DNA from: Ostreococcus lucimarinus
Taxonomy: Eukaryota
Strand: one strand, 5' to 3'
Assembly: GCA_000092065.1 (NCBI GenBank)
Contig: CP000587.1
DNA length: 64,000 nucleotides
A model generated the notes under the pieces. That model did no database searches and was not told the origin of the DNA. It was given only the letters and a program-made list of their open reading frames with translations. Position 1 is the stretch's first letter; every line of letters starts with the position of its first letter. Position numbers and translations under genes: made by a program. Shown here one piece after another: positions 1 to 11,339 of the stretch.

Positions 1-31
1 CGGGACGAACGACGCGGGCGTGTTTAATCGA

Positions 32-1426
32 ATGGCGGGCGCGGCGGCGTCCGCCGCGGGCGGGTTTCGGGCGTTTAGTTCGCTCAGGGTTGGATCTAGG
101 GAAGGGTCGAGGCACGGGCAAAACGGTCTACCGAGCATGGAGGTGTTGTACGATAAGAATAAGCCGTTGTTTTTGTTCAGAGACGTACCCGTGAACGAAC
201 GAGCGGCGTTGTTTGGGAAAAAGTTACAGCTGTGTTCGTATTGTTTCGATTTCACCGATCCCGCGATCGACGCGAGGGAGAAGGAAATCAAGCGTCAGAC
301 GTTGATCGAGATCGTGGACTACGTCAATCAAGGCACGGGGCGGTTCACGGAGCAAGTGCTGGAACACATCAACTTCATGCTGGCGCAGAATTTGTTCCGC
401 ACGTTGCCGCCGACGAGCTCGGAGCAGACGGGACTGGTGAACGCGGCGATGTTCGACCCAGAAGAAGAAGAGCCGAGCCTCGAGCCGTCTTGGCCGCACT
501 TGCAAATCGTGTACGAATTCTTGTTGCGTTACGTCGTTTCCAACGACATTGACATTAAAAACGGGAAGACGTACATCGATCAATCCTTCGTGCTCAGGCT
601 TTTAGAGTTGTTTGACAGCGAAGACCCGCGGGAGCGCGATTACTTGAAGACGATTTTGCACAGAATTTACGGGAAATTCATGATCCATCGGCCGTTCATC
701 CGTCAGGCGATCAATAATATCTTCTTCCGCTTCATTTATGAGACGGAGAAACACAACGGAATCGCGGAGTTGCTCGAAATTTTGGGATCAATCATCAACG
801 GGTTCGCGCTGCCGCTCAAGGACGAACACAAAACGTTCTTAAAGCGCGCTTTGTTGCCGTTACACAAGCCGAAGTGCGTCGGAATGTATCACTCGCAACT
901 CGTTTACTGCGTGACCCAATTCGTCGAAAAGGATCCGCGCATGGCCGACGTCGTCATTCGCGGTTTGCTCAAGTACTGGCCCGTTACGAATTCCCAGAAA
1001 GAAGTGCTCATCTTGGGAGAGTTGGAAGAGGTGTTAGAGCTCACGCAAAGCGCGCAGTTTGCCAACGTCATGGTGCCGCTGTTCAAACAAATATCCTTCT
1101 GCATCAACTCCACGCACTTCCAAGTCGCCGAAAGAGCGCTGTTTTTGTGGAACAACGACTACATTGTCAACCTGGTGGCGCAACATCGCCACGCGTTGCT
1201 TCCCGTCTGCTTCGGTGCGCTCGAAAAGAACGCCGTCGGACATTGGAACCCAGTCGTGGGCGGATTAACCATAAACGTCCGCAAGATGCTTCAAGAGATG
1301 GACCCCGAGCTCTTCGCGCAGTGTCGCGAGCGTTGGTTGGCGGATCAAGAGCGTCTCGCTGAGGACGAAAAAGCTCGCCAAGCGCGCTGGTCTCGCGTCG
1401 AAAGACTCGCCGGCGCTTCTGCATGA
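32..1426 (+). CDS. Protein phosphatase 2A regulatory subunit B' (B56 family)
   Basis: ORF 20..1426; the track start is GTG and the first ATG is at 32. Family strings: [62 protein letters not shown]. Confidence 0.85.
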   Translation: MAGAAASAAGGFRAFSSLRVGSREGSRHGQNGLPSMEVLYDKNKPLFLFRDVPVNERAALFGKKLQLCSYCFDFTDPAIDAREKEIKRQTLIEIVDYVNQGTGRFTEQVLEHINFMLAQNLFRTLPPTSSEQTGLVNAAMFDPEEEEPSLEPSWPHLQIVYEFLLRYVVSNDIDIKNGKTYIDQSFVLRLLELFDSEDPRERDYLKTILHRIYGKFMIHRPFIRQAINNIFFRFIYETEKHNGIAELLEILGSIINGFALPLKDEHKTFLKRALLPLHKPKCVGMYHSQLVYCVTQFVEKDPRMADVVIRGLLKYWPVTNSQKEVLILGELEEVLELTQSAQFANVMVPLFKQISFCINSTHFQVAERALFLWNNDYIVNLVAQHRHALLPVCFGALEKNAVGHWNPVVGGLTINVRKMLQEMDPELFAQCRERWLADQERLAEDEKARQARWSRVERLAGASA

Positions 1427-1607
1427 AGTTGACATAGTGCATTTAGACTTAGACGCTCGCTCGCTTTCGTTTGTAATCGAGCGCGAGCGACCCGACGCCC
1501 GGAAAGCGCGCCCAAGGCTCCCCCCGCGTTGTCCTCACTCCCGCGCGTGCGCCTCCATCCTCGCGCCGAGCCCGTTCGTGAAGGACGCACGTGTAATTTC
1601 GAACGTT

Positions 1608-2642
1608 ATGCGCGCTTCGAGCGCGTCACCGCGCGCGCACCGCGCGTTTCCCTCGCACACCGCGCGAAAGACGTCGCGCGAAAAAGCGTCGTCTCGGTCT
1701 CGCGCGGTGGCGGCGGCGTCGACTTCGGACGCACCGGGGCCGTTCGGGGACGACCGAAACCTGCTCGTCGTCGGACCCGGTGTTTTGGGCTCGCGCATCG
1801 CGCGCGTGTGGCTGTCGAACTTCCCCGGGGCGGTGGTGGTCGGACAGACGAACACCGACGCCGCGCACGACGGCTTGCGAAGCGTCGGCGTGACGCCGCG
1901 AACGAAGGATTTCGGTGCGGACGATCCCACGGCGACGCGGCGGTTTCCCTACGTCGTTTTCAGCGCGCCACCGAGTGGCAGTGAGGATTACCCGGGCGAA
2001 GTCGCGGCGGCGTTGAAGTATTGGGACGGCTCGGGCGCGTTCGCGTTTACGAGCTCGAGCGCCGTGTACAAGAATGAAGCCGGCGAGGCGTGCGACGAGG
2101 AGAGTGAAGTTTATGAAATAGGCACCAATCCTCGTGTCGATCGGTTGCTGAAGGCGGAAAAAGTCGTGTTAGACGCTGGTGGTGTGGTGTGTCGATTAGC
2201 CGGGCTCTATCACTCCGAGCGAGGCGCGCACAAGTACTTCATCAAGACGTCCTCGCTCGATTCTCGCGCCGACGCCTTGGTGAATTTAATTCACTACGAA
2301 GACGCCGCCGATCTGTGCTTCGCCGCGATGACGAAAGGAGCAAAGTCTCACATTTATCTCGGCACCGACGGCGTCCCGATCACCCGCGAGGCGATCGCGC
2401 GCGTCTCCGTGGAGTCTGGCGTCTACGGCGCCGACGCCGCCGCGCCCGCCTTCACCAAAACCGACGGCCCGCTCGGTCGCGCCATGTCCAACTCCCGCAC
2501 CAAGACCGAGCTCGATTGGTCGCCTCGGTACGAATCTTTCGAATCTTTCGCGTTGCGTCAGGGCGCGCGCGACTCGTACGCGCCCTGGAACGCGCCGACG
2601 CGTTCGCGCGGGTGGACCCCCGCGGGCGCGCGTCACGTGTGA
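1608..2642 (+). CDS. NAD(P)-binding Rossmann-fold protein (epimerase/dehydratase-like), probably plastid-targeted
   Basis: ORF 1437..2642. ATG at 1608 gives a Ser/Arg/Ala-rich presequence followed by the dinucleotide-binding motif LLVVGPGVLGSRIA. This is a family-level call only. Confidence 0.55.
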   Translation: MRASSASPRAHRAFPSHTARKTSREKASSRSRAVAAASTSDAPGPFGDDRNLLVVGPGVLGSRIARVWLSNFPGAVVVGQTNTDAAHDGLRSVGVTPRTKDFGADDPTATRRFPYVVFSAPPSGSEDYPGEVAAALKYWDGSGAFAFTSSSAVYKNEAGEACDEESEVYEIGTNPRVDRLLKAEKVVLDAGGVVCRLAGLYHSERGAHKYFIKTSSLDSRADALVNLIHYEDAADLCFAAMTKGAKSHIYLGTDGVPITREAIARVSVESGVYGADAAAPAFTKTDGPLGRAMSNSRTKTELDWSPRYESFESFALRQGARDSYAPWNAPTRSRGWTPAGARHV

Positions 2643-2880
2643 CGCCACCTAGCCATATTATAGCCACCATTTATTCGATTAGACGACGGCTTCACACTAT
2701 TTCACCTCCCGAACTGTATGCGCACACGAATAAAAGCCGATCACGCACAGCCCCACGCGCGGCGTCGATCGCGCGCGCGCGCGTCATCGATTCCCGTCAC
2801 TTCACCGCACGCGCGACGCCTCACACGCGTTCGTCGCCTCACCGCCCGTCGACGTCAAAAGAACCCAAAAAATTCTCGCA

Positions 2881-5228
2881 ATGTCGTCCGCCGCCGCCCT
2901 GAGCCCGGCCGCGCTCGCGCTCCGCGCCAAGCTCACCGCCAAGGTCCAAAACCGTCGCTCGCGCATGAGCGCCAAGGTCGTCACGCGCGCCGCCGTCGCC
3001 GCGCCGCCGGGCGTCTCCGCGGACACGGTGAACGACGCGATCAACACCGTGCGATTTTTGGCGATCGACGCGATCAACAAGTCCAACTCCGGTCACCCCG
3101 GCTTGCCGATGGGCTGCGCGCCGATGGGCTACGTGATTTTCCGCGAAGCGATGACGCACAACCCGAAGAACACGAAGTGGTTCAACCGCGATCGATTCGT
3201 GCTGTCCGCGGGACACGGGTGCATGCTGCAGTACTCTTTGATGCATTTGACCGGTTACCCGAGCGTTTCGGTGCGTTCGTCGCGACGCGCGCGCGCGGGC
3301 GACGCGATTCTCGAACGCGCGCGCCGATCGTGTGGATAAAGCCTCAAGTTGGGGTTTTGGATAAGAGCCCGCGCGGACGCGCGAAGGATGGACGCGAACG
3401 CGCGAGAGCGTCGCTCTGGCGGACGCGCGAGCGATGATGGAGATAAAACTCGATGACTGACGATGAATGCGCGATGCACGCTCGACGCGCGTAGATTGAA
3501 GACATCAAGCAGTTCCGTCAGTGGGACTCCAAGACCCCGGGTCACCCGGAGAACTTCATCACCGACGGCATCGAAGTCACCACGGGCCCGCTCGGTATGG
3601 GTATTTGCAACGCCGTCGGTCTCGCGATGGTCGAGAAGCACCTCGCCGGTCGATTCAACAAGCCGGATTGCGAAATCGTCGATCACTACACGTACTGCGT
3701 CATGGGCGACGGCTGCAACATGGAGGGCATGTCCGGCGAAGGCGCGTCCCTCGCCGGTCACTGGGGCCTCGGCAAGTTGATTGTCTTCTATGACGACAAC
3801 CACATCTCCATCGATGGTCACACCGACATCTCCTTCACGGAAGACGTCGTCGCGCGCTTCAACGCGTACGGCTGGCACACGCAACACGTCGAGAACGGTA
3901 ACACCGACGTCGACTCGATTCGCGCCGCCGTCAACGCCGCCAAGGCTGACCCGCGCCCGTCGCTCATCAAGGTGACCACCTTGATTGGCTACGGTTCCCC
4001 GAACAAGTCCAACACCCACGACGTGCACGGCGCGCCGCTCGGTAAGGATGAAACCGCCGCGACTCGCGAAAACTTGAAGTGGAAGTACGGCGAATTCGAA
4101 GTTCCGGAAGCCGTCAAGGCGTACATGGATTGCTCCGAAAAGGGCACCGCCGCCGAAGCCGAATGGAACGCCAAGTGGGCCACCTACAAGAGCAAGTACG
4201 CCGAAGATGCGGCCGAGCTCGAGTCCATCATGTCCGGCAAGTTGCCGTCTGGCTGGGAAAAGTCTCTCCCGACGTTCACGCCGGAGGACAAGGGTGTCGC
4301 CACGCGCATCCACTCCCAAACCATGCTCAACGCCCTCGGTGGCGCGATCCCGGGTTTCATGGGTGGTTCCGCCGATCTTGCGCCGTCCAACATGACGTTG
4401 ATGAAGCAATTCGGTGACTTCCAAAAGGACACCCCGGCCGAGCGCAATGTTCGCTTCGGCGTCCGCGAGCACGGTATGGGTGCCATCGCCAACGGCATGA
4501 AGCTCCACTCCCCGGGTATCATTCCGTACTGCGCGACCTTCTTCATCTTCACCGACTACATGCGTTGCGCCATGCGCATCGCCGCGCTCTCCCAAGCCGG
4601 TACCATCTTCGTCATGACGCACGATTCCATCGGCGTCGGCGAGGACGGCCCGACTCACCAGCCGATTGAGCACGTCGCGTCCTTCCGCGCCATGCCGGGT
4701 ATGGACATGGCTCGCCCGGCCGACGGCAACGAGACCGCCGCCATGTACAAGATGGCTGTCGAAAACTCGATGAACGGTGCCCCGACTACGTTGGCGCTCT
4801 CCCGCCAAGTCGTGCCGAACCTTGCGGGTACCTCCATGGAAGGCGCCGCCAAGGGTGCGTACGTCGTCCAAGGCGCCGCCGCTGGCGAAGCGTGCGACGT
4901 GATCCTCATCGGTACCGGTACCGAACTCGAACTCGCGTGCCAAGCTGGTGCCGAGCTCGAATCTAAGGGTAAGAAGGTTCGCGTTGTCTCCATGCCGTGC
5001 TGGGAAGCCTTCGAGCGCCAACCGGCCGCCTACCAAGAGTCCGTCTTGCCGGCTGCCATGCGCGCGAAGACCGTCTCCATCGAGGCGGGCACCACGTTCG
5101 GCTGGGCTAAGTACGCCGGCGCTTCCATCGGACATGACGATTTCGGCGCTTCGGCACCGGCCCCGATTCTGTACAAGCAGTTCGGAATCACTGCCGATGC
5201 CATGGCCGCGAAGGCGATGTCGTTGTAA
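2881..5228 (+). CDS. TKL: Transketolase, plastid-type; two exons (2881..3270 and 3495..5228)
   Basis: ORFs 2881..3339 and 3597..5228 join in frame once 3271..3494 is removed, giving ...LTGYPSVS|[19 protein letters not shown].... ThDP-enzyme strings: [47 protein letters not shown]. The first ~40 aa look like a transit peptide. Confidence 0.92.
3271..3494 (+). other. Spliceosomal intron (224 nt) in the transketolase gene
   Basis: Donor GTGCGT at 3271; ACTGACGA at 3456-3463; acceptor AG at 3493-3494. Removal restores a conserved transketolase segment in frame (phase 0). Confidence 0.85.
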
Positions 5229-5479
5229 GCGTAGGGACCGGATGTCGAAGCGTTGCGCTCGGGAAAATTCCCCGCAACGAGTCCCCGCAACGGACAGCCG
5301 CTCGTGCCACTTTAGTCGCGCACTTTTGATTGAAGTACTAATATAAATTCCTTCTCCTTTCCCGTCGTCGCCGTCCGTTCTCCTTTGCCGTCGTCGCCGT
5401 CCCGAGCTCCCGAGCTCCCGTCGCGCCGACGCCATCCCGAGCGTCGCGCCTCGCCGTCGCGACCGCACTCCGCGCCTCG

Positions 5480-6448
5480 ATGGGATGCGCGAGCTCGCGC
5501 GTCGACGTCGATCCCGCGTCGCATCGCGCGCTCGACCGGAGTTCGCCGCCGTCGACAAGCGCCGCGGTCGCGACGTCGCGGTCGAGACGCTCGCTCGACA
5601 TCTTTCACGACGCCCTGACGTCGTTTCGAGAACACTTTTCGAGCGCCTCGAAGACGCACTGGGACGCCGCGCCGTGCGAGTGGCTGCGCGTGCGCGCCGC
5701 GTCGTACTTCGTGGACGCTAAAAAGGCACCACCGCGCGAGAGACCGCTGCTGACGCTGCGACACGTCGATCTGTTCGATGGCTCGAGCCTGGCGAGCGAC
5801 GGCGACGACGCGCGCGTCGATTTTTGTCGAACGCGACCGGAGAGTTGGTTCAGGCGCGAGTTCGAGCGCGACGGAGGAGCGACGACGGCGTGGACGTTCG
5901 CGATGCACTTCGTAAATCCGGATGGGGCGAATTTGGTGTGCTATTTTCAGCCCGAGGGCGACGGCGCGGAGAGCGTTCGCGACGCGCGGCGGTTGTGCGA
6001 TTGGGTCGACGCGAATTCGTCGCCGTCGTTCGCCAAGACGTTGAGACGGTTCGTGGAGACCGATGATGACGCATATCGCGCGGCGAGAGTGAAGCTGTGC
6101 GCGAAACTTCATCCGCAGTCGCCGTTGATGTTGCGCAAGTGCGTGCCGACGAAACCGGTGCTCGTGGGAAAACGCGCGTCGACGCGCTTTTTTCGCGGCG
6201 CCGGCGATACCGAGGGGTACGAGGACCGTTATTTAGAGTGTTGCATCGAGTGCGGGACGAGCGCGTCTGCGAAATATCTGTACAACATGTTCTCCGGGCT
6301 CAGCGCGCGGAGCGACGAGGATTTGGCGATATGGATCGAGGGCGCGCGCGAAGACGAGTTGCCTGAGCGCGTGCTCGGCGCCGTGCGTCTGCGAAGGATT
6401 TCGCCGAAGTGCTTGACGAAGTTGACAAAACTACCTTTAGTTAGATGA
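5480..6448 (+). CDS. DUF1336-like (EDR2 C-terminal-like) protein with an N-terminal MGC acylation motif
   Basis: ORF with ATG at 5480. It starts MGCASS, a myristoylation/palmitoylation-type N-terminus. The body ([27 protein letters not shown] ... [12 protein letters not shown]) resembles DUF1336 from memory; no search was run. Confidence 0.4.
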   Translation: MGCASSRVDVDPASHRALDRSSPPSTSAAVATSRSRRSLDIFHDALTSFREHFSSASKTHWDAAPCEWLRVRAASYFVDAKKAPPRERPLLTLRHVDLFDGSSLASDGDDARVDFCRTRPESWFRREFERDGGATTAWTFAMHFVNPDGANLVCYFQPEGDGAESVRDARRLCDWVDANSSPSFAKTLRRFVETDDDAYRAARVKLCAKLHPQSPLMLRKCVPTKPVLVGKRASTRFFRGAGDTEGYEDRYLECCIECGTSASAKYLYNMFSGLSARSDEDLAIWIEGAREDELPERVLGAVRLRRISPKCLTKLTKLPLVR

Positions 6449-6521
6449 TCTCTTTAGCGAATTATTGTATGTGTGTATTAACCGATAGCGGCGTAGTATT
6501 ATCGTCGTCACGAGACAGTCT

Positions 6522-7616
6522 CTACTCCTCCTCGTCCGGGAACAACGCGTCGACGAACCCGACCGCGTCGAACGACTGCAAGTCTTGCATCGACTCGCCG
6601 ACGCCAACGAACTTGACGGGAATCCCCAACTCATCCACCACGCTCACCACCGCGCCTCCTCGCGAGGTGCCGTCGAGCTTGGTCAAAATGATTCCCGTCA
6701 CGCCCACGGCTTCGTTGAAAACGCGCGCCTGGTTGAGCATGTTCAACCCGGTGGTGCCGTCCAAGACGAGTAAAACCTCGTGCGGCGCGCTCGGCAAGCG
6801 CTTGGAGATGGAATTCTTCACCCCGACTAATTCATCCATGAGCTGAGAGTTGTTGTGCAATCGCCCGGACGTGTCCGCGAGCACGACGTCGACGTCGCCC
6901 CGCGCGCACGCCTCGTCCACCGCCTTGTAACACACCGCCCCCGGTTTGGTGTTCGGCGGCGAGTCGCTCATCACCGCTCCCGTGCGTTCAGCCCACGTCG
7001 CGAGCTGTTCGGCCGCCGCCGCGCGAAACGTGTCTCCCGGCACCATCATCACCTTCGCCCCGCTCTCCGCGAATCGATGACTCAATTTTCCCAGCGTCGT
7101 CGTCTTCCCCCCCCCGTTCACGCCCACCACCAACACCACGCTCGGTTCGCCCGCCGTCTCGTTCAATCCAATCTTCATCGCGTCCCCCGCCTTGGTCAAC
7201 ACCTCCACGATCGACGCCTTCAGCGCTCGCCGCACGTCCCCCCCCGTCTTACACTCGCCTCGCTCCACGCGCGCGCGCACGCCGTCCGTCACCCGCGTCG
7301 CCGCCTTGGGCCCGAAATCCGCCCCCAGCAGCGTCTCCTCCAGCTCCTCCAGCGCGTCGTCGAAATCCTCCATGCGCCACAGCGCCAACACGTCGTTCAC
7401 CGCGCTCAATCGCTCCCGCGTCTTCGACGTCCCGTTGAACACGCGCTCGACATCCATCGCCGTCTTCTTTCGCAGCACCGACGCGAGTTTGCCGAGATCG
7501 AATCCCGCGCGCGTCGCGATTCGTCTCGAGCGCGCGTCGCGACGCGCGGTGCGCGACGACGTCGACGTCGACGTCGTCGCGCGCGCGGGCGTCGCGCGCG
7601 TCGCGACGCGCGTCAT
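6522..7616 (-). CDS. FTSY: Chloroplast SRP receptor cpFtsY
   Basis: SRP-GTPase motifs: [41 protein letters not shown]. The start at 7616 ([15 protein letters not shown]...) gives a typical transit peptide and ~365 aa. An upstream in-frame ATG at 7871 is the alternative start. Confidence 0.85.
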   Translation of the reverse strand: MTRVATRATPARATTSTSTSSRTARRDARSRRIATRAGFDLGKLASVLRKKTAMDVERVFNGTSKTRERLSAVNDVLALWRMEDFDDALEELEETLLGADFGPKAATRVTDGVRARVERGECKTGGDVRRALKASIVEVLTKAGDAMKIGLNETAGEPSVVLVVGVNGGGKTTTLGKLSHRFAESGAKVMMVPGDTFRAAAAEQLATWAERTGAVMSDSPPNTKPGAVCYKAVDEACARGDVDVVLADTSGRLHNNSQLMDELVGVKNSISKRLPSAPHEVLLVLDGTTGLNMLNQARVFNEAVGVTGIILTKLDGTSRGGAVVSVVDELGIPVKFVGVGESMQDLQSFDAVGFVDALFPDEEE

Positions 7617-7898
7617 CGCGTCGCGGTGTGCCGCGCGCGGACGACGATCGGGCGATGGTTGTGGATAAGGTCCGTGTAGAGTCTCAAACAGCAACCGCCC
7701 GCCCGGCGGCGTCGCGACGACGCGCGGCGCGCGCACACGGCGACGCGGGCGCGAACGAGCGCGACGCGAGCGCACGACGCGTCGTTCGAACCGTCCGCGC
7801 AAGTCCGACGACCGCGCGAGAGTCCGACGACCGCGCGACGCGACGCGTTCGTAAAGCGAATCGCACGACATCGTTCGTAAGCGCGAGCTCGACGCGCG

Positions 7899-10800
7899 AT
7901 GATGACGACGGCGACGCGTCGACCGGCGACGACGGCGCGGTGGACGGCGACGCGGGATTTGGTGAAGAAGAATTCTTTGCGTCGAACGCGCGGGCGCGCG
8001 TGCGCGGCGCGCGTGCGGGCGAGCGCGCCGGAACCGCCGACGGTGCGTCGAGACATCGTCGCGCGACGACGCGAAACCCTGTGGATGGCGAGGGTGTGAC
8101 CTAGGAGACGCGCGCGACGGAGGGCGAGGAGCGACGGCGAGGGCGCGGAGACTGACGATGCGAGCGCGATCGGACGATTGATGCGATTAGGATCGAGCGA
8201 GCCCGTTCGGGTTCGAGCGCGAGATGGACGCGGTGGAGAAACAAATCGCGGCGCTGCCGACGGCGGCGCGGTTGGGGGCGTACGGCGCGCTCGTGGCGCT
8301 CGGCGCCGGATTGGGGAACGCGGTGGGCTCCGCGATGCCGGCGAACGTCAGGGGAGGGGCGAAAGCGGCGCTGACGGCGGTCGTCGGTGGTGGCGCCGCG
8401 TATGGGGTGTCGGTGGCGGATAAGAAGCGGTTCACGGCGGCGCCGAAGAGCTTGTGGAACTCGCTGCAGGGACGGGATCCGTTGAGCGTGACGGCTGAGG
8501 AAGTCAACGCGATGGGGGCGAAGTTTGGGATCGCGAACATGGGTCAATCGTGCGCGACGGCGATGACGGAGCTTTACGACGTCTACTTGATGTCTCTCGT
8601 GCCGCAAGGGTTGGATCCGGTGCAAGGTTGGGAAGCCGCGGCTTTGGCGCAGTTTCGCCAAACGCTCGGCATAGACGACGCCTCGGCGGCGCAGGCGCAC
8701 TTGGAGGCTGGTCGTCGCTTGTTCAGAAAGCGCATCGAACTCGGATCGACGGATAAGGAGACGGACTTGGAATCGCGCAAGGAGTTCCAAAAGCTCGTCT
8801 TCATCTCTACGCAAACCTTTGGCGAAGAGCAAGCGCGATTTTTGCTCCCGTGGAAGCGCGTGTTCCGCGTCTCGGACGCCCAAGTCGACTTGGCCAACAG
8901 AGACAACGCGAGCCAGCTGTTGCGCACGAGCTTGTCCAAATCTAACGCCATCGCTAACGTTGACGCCGCGGCGATCGCGTCGGCGGCTGACTACAAGGCG
9001 TCGCTGAATTTGGACGACGACGCCGCCGGTGAAATCGCCCAAGACCTCGCCACGGCGCACGTCGCCGGCATCGTCAACGGCACCATTACGTTGAACAAGG
9101 AACGTGGCTCTGCGCGTGACGTCGGTACGATTTGCAAGAACGTTGAACAAGTTTTGGCTTACAACGTCAAGCTCGAAGGCGCGCAAGGTTCTTTCCCGGG
9201 TGTTGGTCCGGTGACGCTGTTCGGCGGCGAGTTTGACTCGAAGATGACGGAACTCAAGGACGTGTTCAGAACCTACCTCGAGGAAGGCATCAAGGGTTAC
9301 TCCTTCAGTGCCGCGCTCAACGACAACCTCGGCAAGCTCCGTCTCGTGTTTGGCATGGGCAACAAGGAGGCAGACGACATTATTCTCGCCTCCACCACCG
9401 CCTCGTACCGCCTGGCGCTTCGCGACGCCGTCAAGAGCGGCTCGTTGGACAACGCCGAGTCTCCAGCCAAGGTGCTCCAAGGTTTGTGCGAAGGCCTCCG
9501 ATTCCCTCCGGAAGTGGCTGCGGGCATTCACGAAGAGAACTATCGCACCAAGCTCGAGTCCATCATCTCATCGAATAAAAAGCTCGAAGACGCCGACGTC
9601 GAAGCCTTGGCTCGCGTTCGCAAGCTCTTGTGCGTGCCGAAGGGCGTCGTTGAGAAGCTTCACTTTGAAATCTGCGGCGAAATTTACCGCACCGCGGTTC
9701 GCTCGGCGCTTTCCGTGCCGACCGAGTCCTTCACTCCGGCGCTTCGCGACCGATGCAAGGCTGCCAAGGCAAACGTTCGTCTCGACGACGAAACCGCGCT
9801 CAAGATTCTCGGCGCCGAGGCTCGCAAGCAAATGAGTGGTTTCATCCGCACGTCCAAGTCCATTAGAAACAAGACGGACGCGCAGAAGGAGATTCGCAAG
9901 ATGATCTTCTACAACCAAGGCGTCGTGACGCCGCTCGTGCAGGACGTGACCAAGGCAAAGGCTGAGGCGGCGGCGGAGGAGCTCGCCTCGCTCTTGAAGG
10001 AGGCGCAAGAGGCGGCGGCGAAGGAGGAAGCGGAAGAGAAGGCGAAAGCCGCCGCGGAGGCTACCGCGGCGGAGCCTGAAGCCGCCGCTGAGCCCACGGT
10101 GGATGATAGCCTTCGAAGTGCGGCGGAGGGTCAAGGCTTCGCCAGTGACACCCCCAAGAAGGTTGAGGAAGTGAAGGCTGAGGCGGCGACGGAGACCGCG
10201 GAGGAGGAAGAGAAAGAGGAAGAAGTCGTCGTCAAGGAGGAAGAAGTCCCGCACCAGAAGGAAGTCACGCTCGCCGAAGACATGGATGTGGTCACTCGCC
10301 AAGCGATGTACAGAGAATACCTCATGTTCTGCATGACTGGTGATCAAGTGAACGCCCCGATGGGCGTGCGCATCAACATCGAGCGCGACCAAAGCGAATT
10401 CAAGCGCTTGTCCCAGCTCGGCGATATCCTCGGCCTTAACATGATGGAAGTCGGTCAAGTGCACAAGGATCTGGCCGACAAGGCGTTCCGGACGCAAGCT
10501 GAGCAAATGCTCGGCGACGGCCGCGGCCTCACCGCCGATCGCGCCGAGAAGCTCAAGGAAATTCAGACGCAGCTCAACTTGCCCGAGGACGAGGCGCAAA
10601 AGATCATCAAGGGCATCACCTCGCAACGCATGATGTCCAACGTTCAGCAGCAAATTGCTTCTGGTACGCTCGATGCGGCTGAGGTGAGAAAGATGATCGA
10701 AGCTGGCGTCGAAATCGAGCGCATGATTCCGGAAGACAAGCGCATGAACTTGTTCCGCAAAAACGCCGAGCGCCGTTTGGGCGACGGAAGCGGAAGCGCC

Positions 10801-11202
10801 GACATCGAAGCGCTCACGGGTACCTTGGTCGAAGATCTCAAGATTGATGGTGAGAAGGCCAAGACTGAGCTCAAGAACATCGCTGCCGAGAAGAAGCGCT
10901 CTCAAATGATTCAAGGCGTCGCTGTCTTGCGTCAAAAGAAGGCTGCCGACGTCCTCCTGTGCTGCCGCAACTTGGTCGCGTGCCAAGCCGTGGCGCCCGA
11001 GGCCAAGTTGGAGTGGAAGGTGGAATCTGAGGTGTTCGACATGTACTCTGTCTTCGTCCAAGAGTGCTCAGACGTGGAAGAGCGCAAGGTTCTTCAATCT
11101 GCTTTGAGCATTAGCGACGAAAGCGCCCGCAAGCTTGAACAAGTCGTCGCCGACGGCGCGTTCAAGTTTTCCGAAGACTCGTTAGACGAGGCCCTCTTCT
11201 AG
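7899..11202 (+). CDS. TIC110: Tic110, chloroplast inner-envelope translocon subunit; two exons (7899..8042 and 8191..11202)
   Basis: A ~1040-aa protein with a hydrophobic N-terminal anchor (LGAYGALVALGAGLGNAVG). It carries Tic110-like strings (FGEEQARFLLPWKRVFRVSDAQVDLANRDNA) and an acidic Glu/Ala/Lys insert. Exon 1 (48 aa, MMTTATRRPATTARW...) is inferred from splice signals and frame. Confidence 0.75.
8043..8190 (+). other. Spliceosomal intron (148 nt) in the Tic110 gene
   Basis: Donor GTGCGT at 8043, exactly at a codon boundary of the 7899 ORF. ACTGACGA at 8151-8158; AG at 8189-8190. The downstream sequence is open and in frame with the 8224 ORF. Confidence 0.65.
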
Positions 11203-11339
11203 TTTCTCGATCTAGATTGAGAAACGATCCACCGTAGCAAAGAATTGATTGATTCGAAACTTAAAGCTTTATTGTTGTCATTACGCATGTGGCACGAACA
11301 AAAGTCATCTAGATGCTAACGCTACTCTTCGCTCCGCGC

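Noticed and set aside
3433-3460. C/D-box-like GATGATGG ... CTGA pair inside the transketolase intron
   Set aside because: The boxes are only ~25 nt apart, with no terminal stem and no D'/C' boxes, which is too short for a snoRNA. The CTGA is part of the branch box.
3255-5558. 767-aa ORF antisense to transketolase
   Set aside because: It lies exactly opposite a strongly conserved gene. Its composition is Arg/Gly/Asp/His-rich and low-complexity, with no recognisable motif. This is the classic stop-codon-poor shadow frame of GC3-rich coding DNA.
7617-7871. Longer cpFtsY start at ATG 7871
   Set aside because: This is a real ATG, but it would leave only 27 bp to the divergent Tic110 ATG. It would also prepend 85 aa of Arg-rich sequence ahead of a perfectly good transit peptide. 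I keep it as an alternative, not the call.
8101-11061. ORFs 8101..9531 (476 aa) and 9568..11061 (497 aa) antisense to Tic110
   Set aside because: Both are antisense shadows of the Tic110 frame, with low-complexity Arg/Leu-rich translations.
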